DNA of 20,000 nt, from positions 44,583 to 64,582 of the forward strand of contig BLSG01000345.1 of assembly GCA_012862495.1 (NCBI GenBank). The letters are read 5' to 3'. The stretch comes from Thraustochytrium aureum (taxonomy: Eukaryota). The notes under the pieces were generated by a model, which saw nothing but the letters and a program-made list of their open reading frames with translations, did not search any database and was not told the DNA's origin. This document shows, piece by piece, positions 19,377-20,000 of the stretch. The number at the start of each line of letters is the position of its first letter. Position 1 is the stretch's first letter. A program made the translations under genes and the position numbers.

Positions 19377-19960
19377 CTCGCTTTCGTCTCTCGTCGTTCT
19401 GTGTATGTTGTTGCTGCTGTCGCGGATAAGAAAGAACTCGGGTTGCTTGCTCGAAGCGGTTGGGGTTCTGCCTGTCGCCGGCCTGCTCGCTTGCGCCGCC
19501 GGGCCAAGGAAGTCAGGCTTGCATCGTTGTGAAACGAGCTGCAAGCCCACAATTCCATGGTCCTCCCGCCCCAGTCGCGCGTCCGGCGCTGCGCTGCTCG
19601 CCCACGCTTTGATCGCGCTCAGATCCGCTCAAACCTAATGCTCAACAAATCCGTGGACGAGTGGCCTGCCGAGATCGTTTTTGTTTCCCCACCCCACCCC
19701 ACCCCACTACCTCCTAAGTAGAGTACTAATAAGACTATCAGAAGATCAGACTACCCCACCCCAGCACACGAGGCACATGGGCATGGATGACCCGCACACG
19801 AGCGAGCAGGCGATCGACGGACGACACGCCAGTTGTAGAGTACCTACAGGCCAGGTCACTCACTCATCAATCAATCGCCAGGACCAACTTGAAGGAGGAT
19901 GAGAGCACTTGATCATGAGTGCAGCGCAAGCAACGACTCAGCTGAAAGCAGTCCGACCTC

Positions 19961-19989
19961 CCCTACCCTAACCTAATCTACCCTAACCT
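19961..19989. repeat. Degenerate pentamer repeat (CCCTA/ACCTA), telomere-like
   Basis: cccta cccta accta atcta cccta acct; 5-nt periodicity. Confidence 0.6.
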
Positions 19990-20000
19990 TCCTCTGTCTT

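Noticed and set aside
19301..19558. N-terminal extension of CDC20 with poly-Arg
   Set aside because: It derives from the (TCG)n microsatellite and purine-rich 5' UTR; the ATG at 19300 is more plausible.

Overview
GC-rich, intron-poor eukaryotic nuclear DNA from a gapped draft assembly (six N-gaps). Gene density, composition, microsatellite-rich spacers and a ciliary-type WD40/EF-hand gene suggest a flagellated protist such as a thraustochytrid/labyrinthulomycete (inference only). Six protein-coding genes are supported: (1) WDR49/WDR64-like EF-hand + WD40 protein (-); (2) an unusual fusion of an APH/choline-kinase-like (EcKinase-type) phosphotransferase to a bacterial-type uncharacterised beta-rich domain (-); (3) an orphan protein rich in SP/TP sites with an F-box-like motif (-); (4) a divergent DBP5/DDX19 DEAD-box helicase (-); (5) a probably mitochondrial RCC1-repeat protein with one 92-nt GT-AG intron (+); (6) CDC20 (-). 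Four of the six genes carry single-base frameshifts, mostly at short homopolymers, best explained as sequencing error. The best novelty candidate is the kinase fusion (possible bacterial HGT). Others are the clustered CCTGAAC motifs upstream of it and a degenerate triplicated element in the DBP5/RCC1L divergent promoter.
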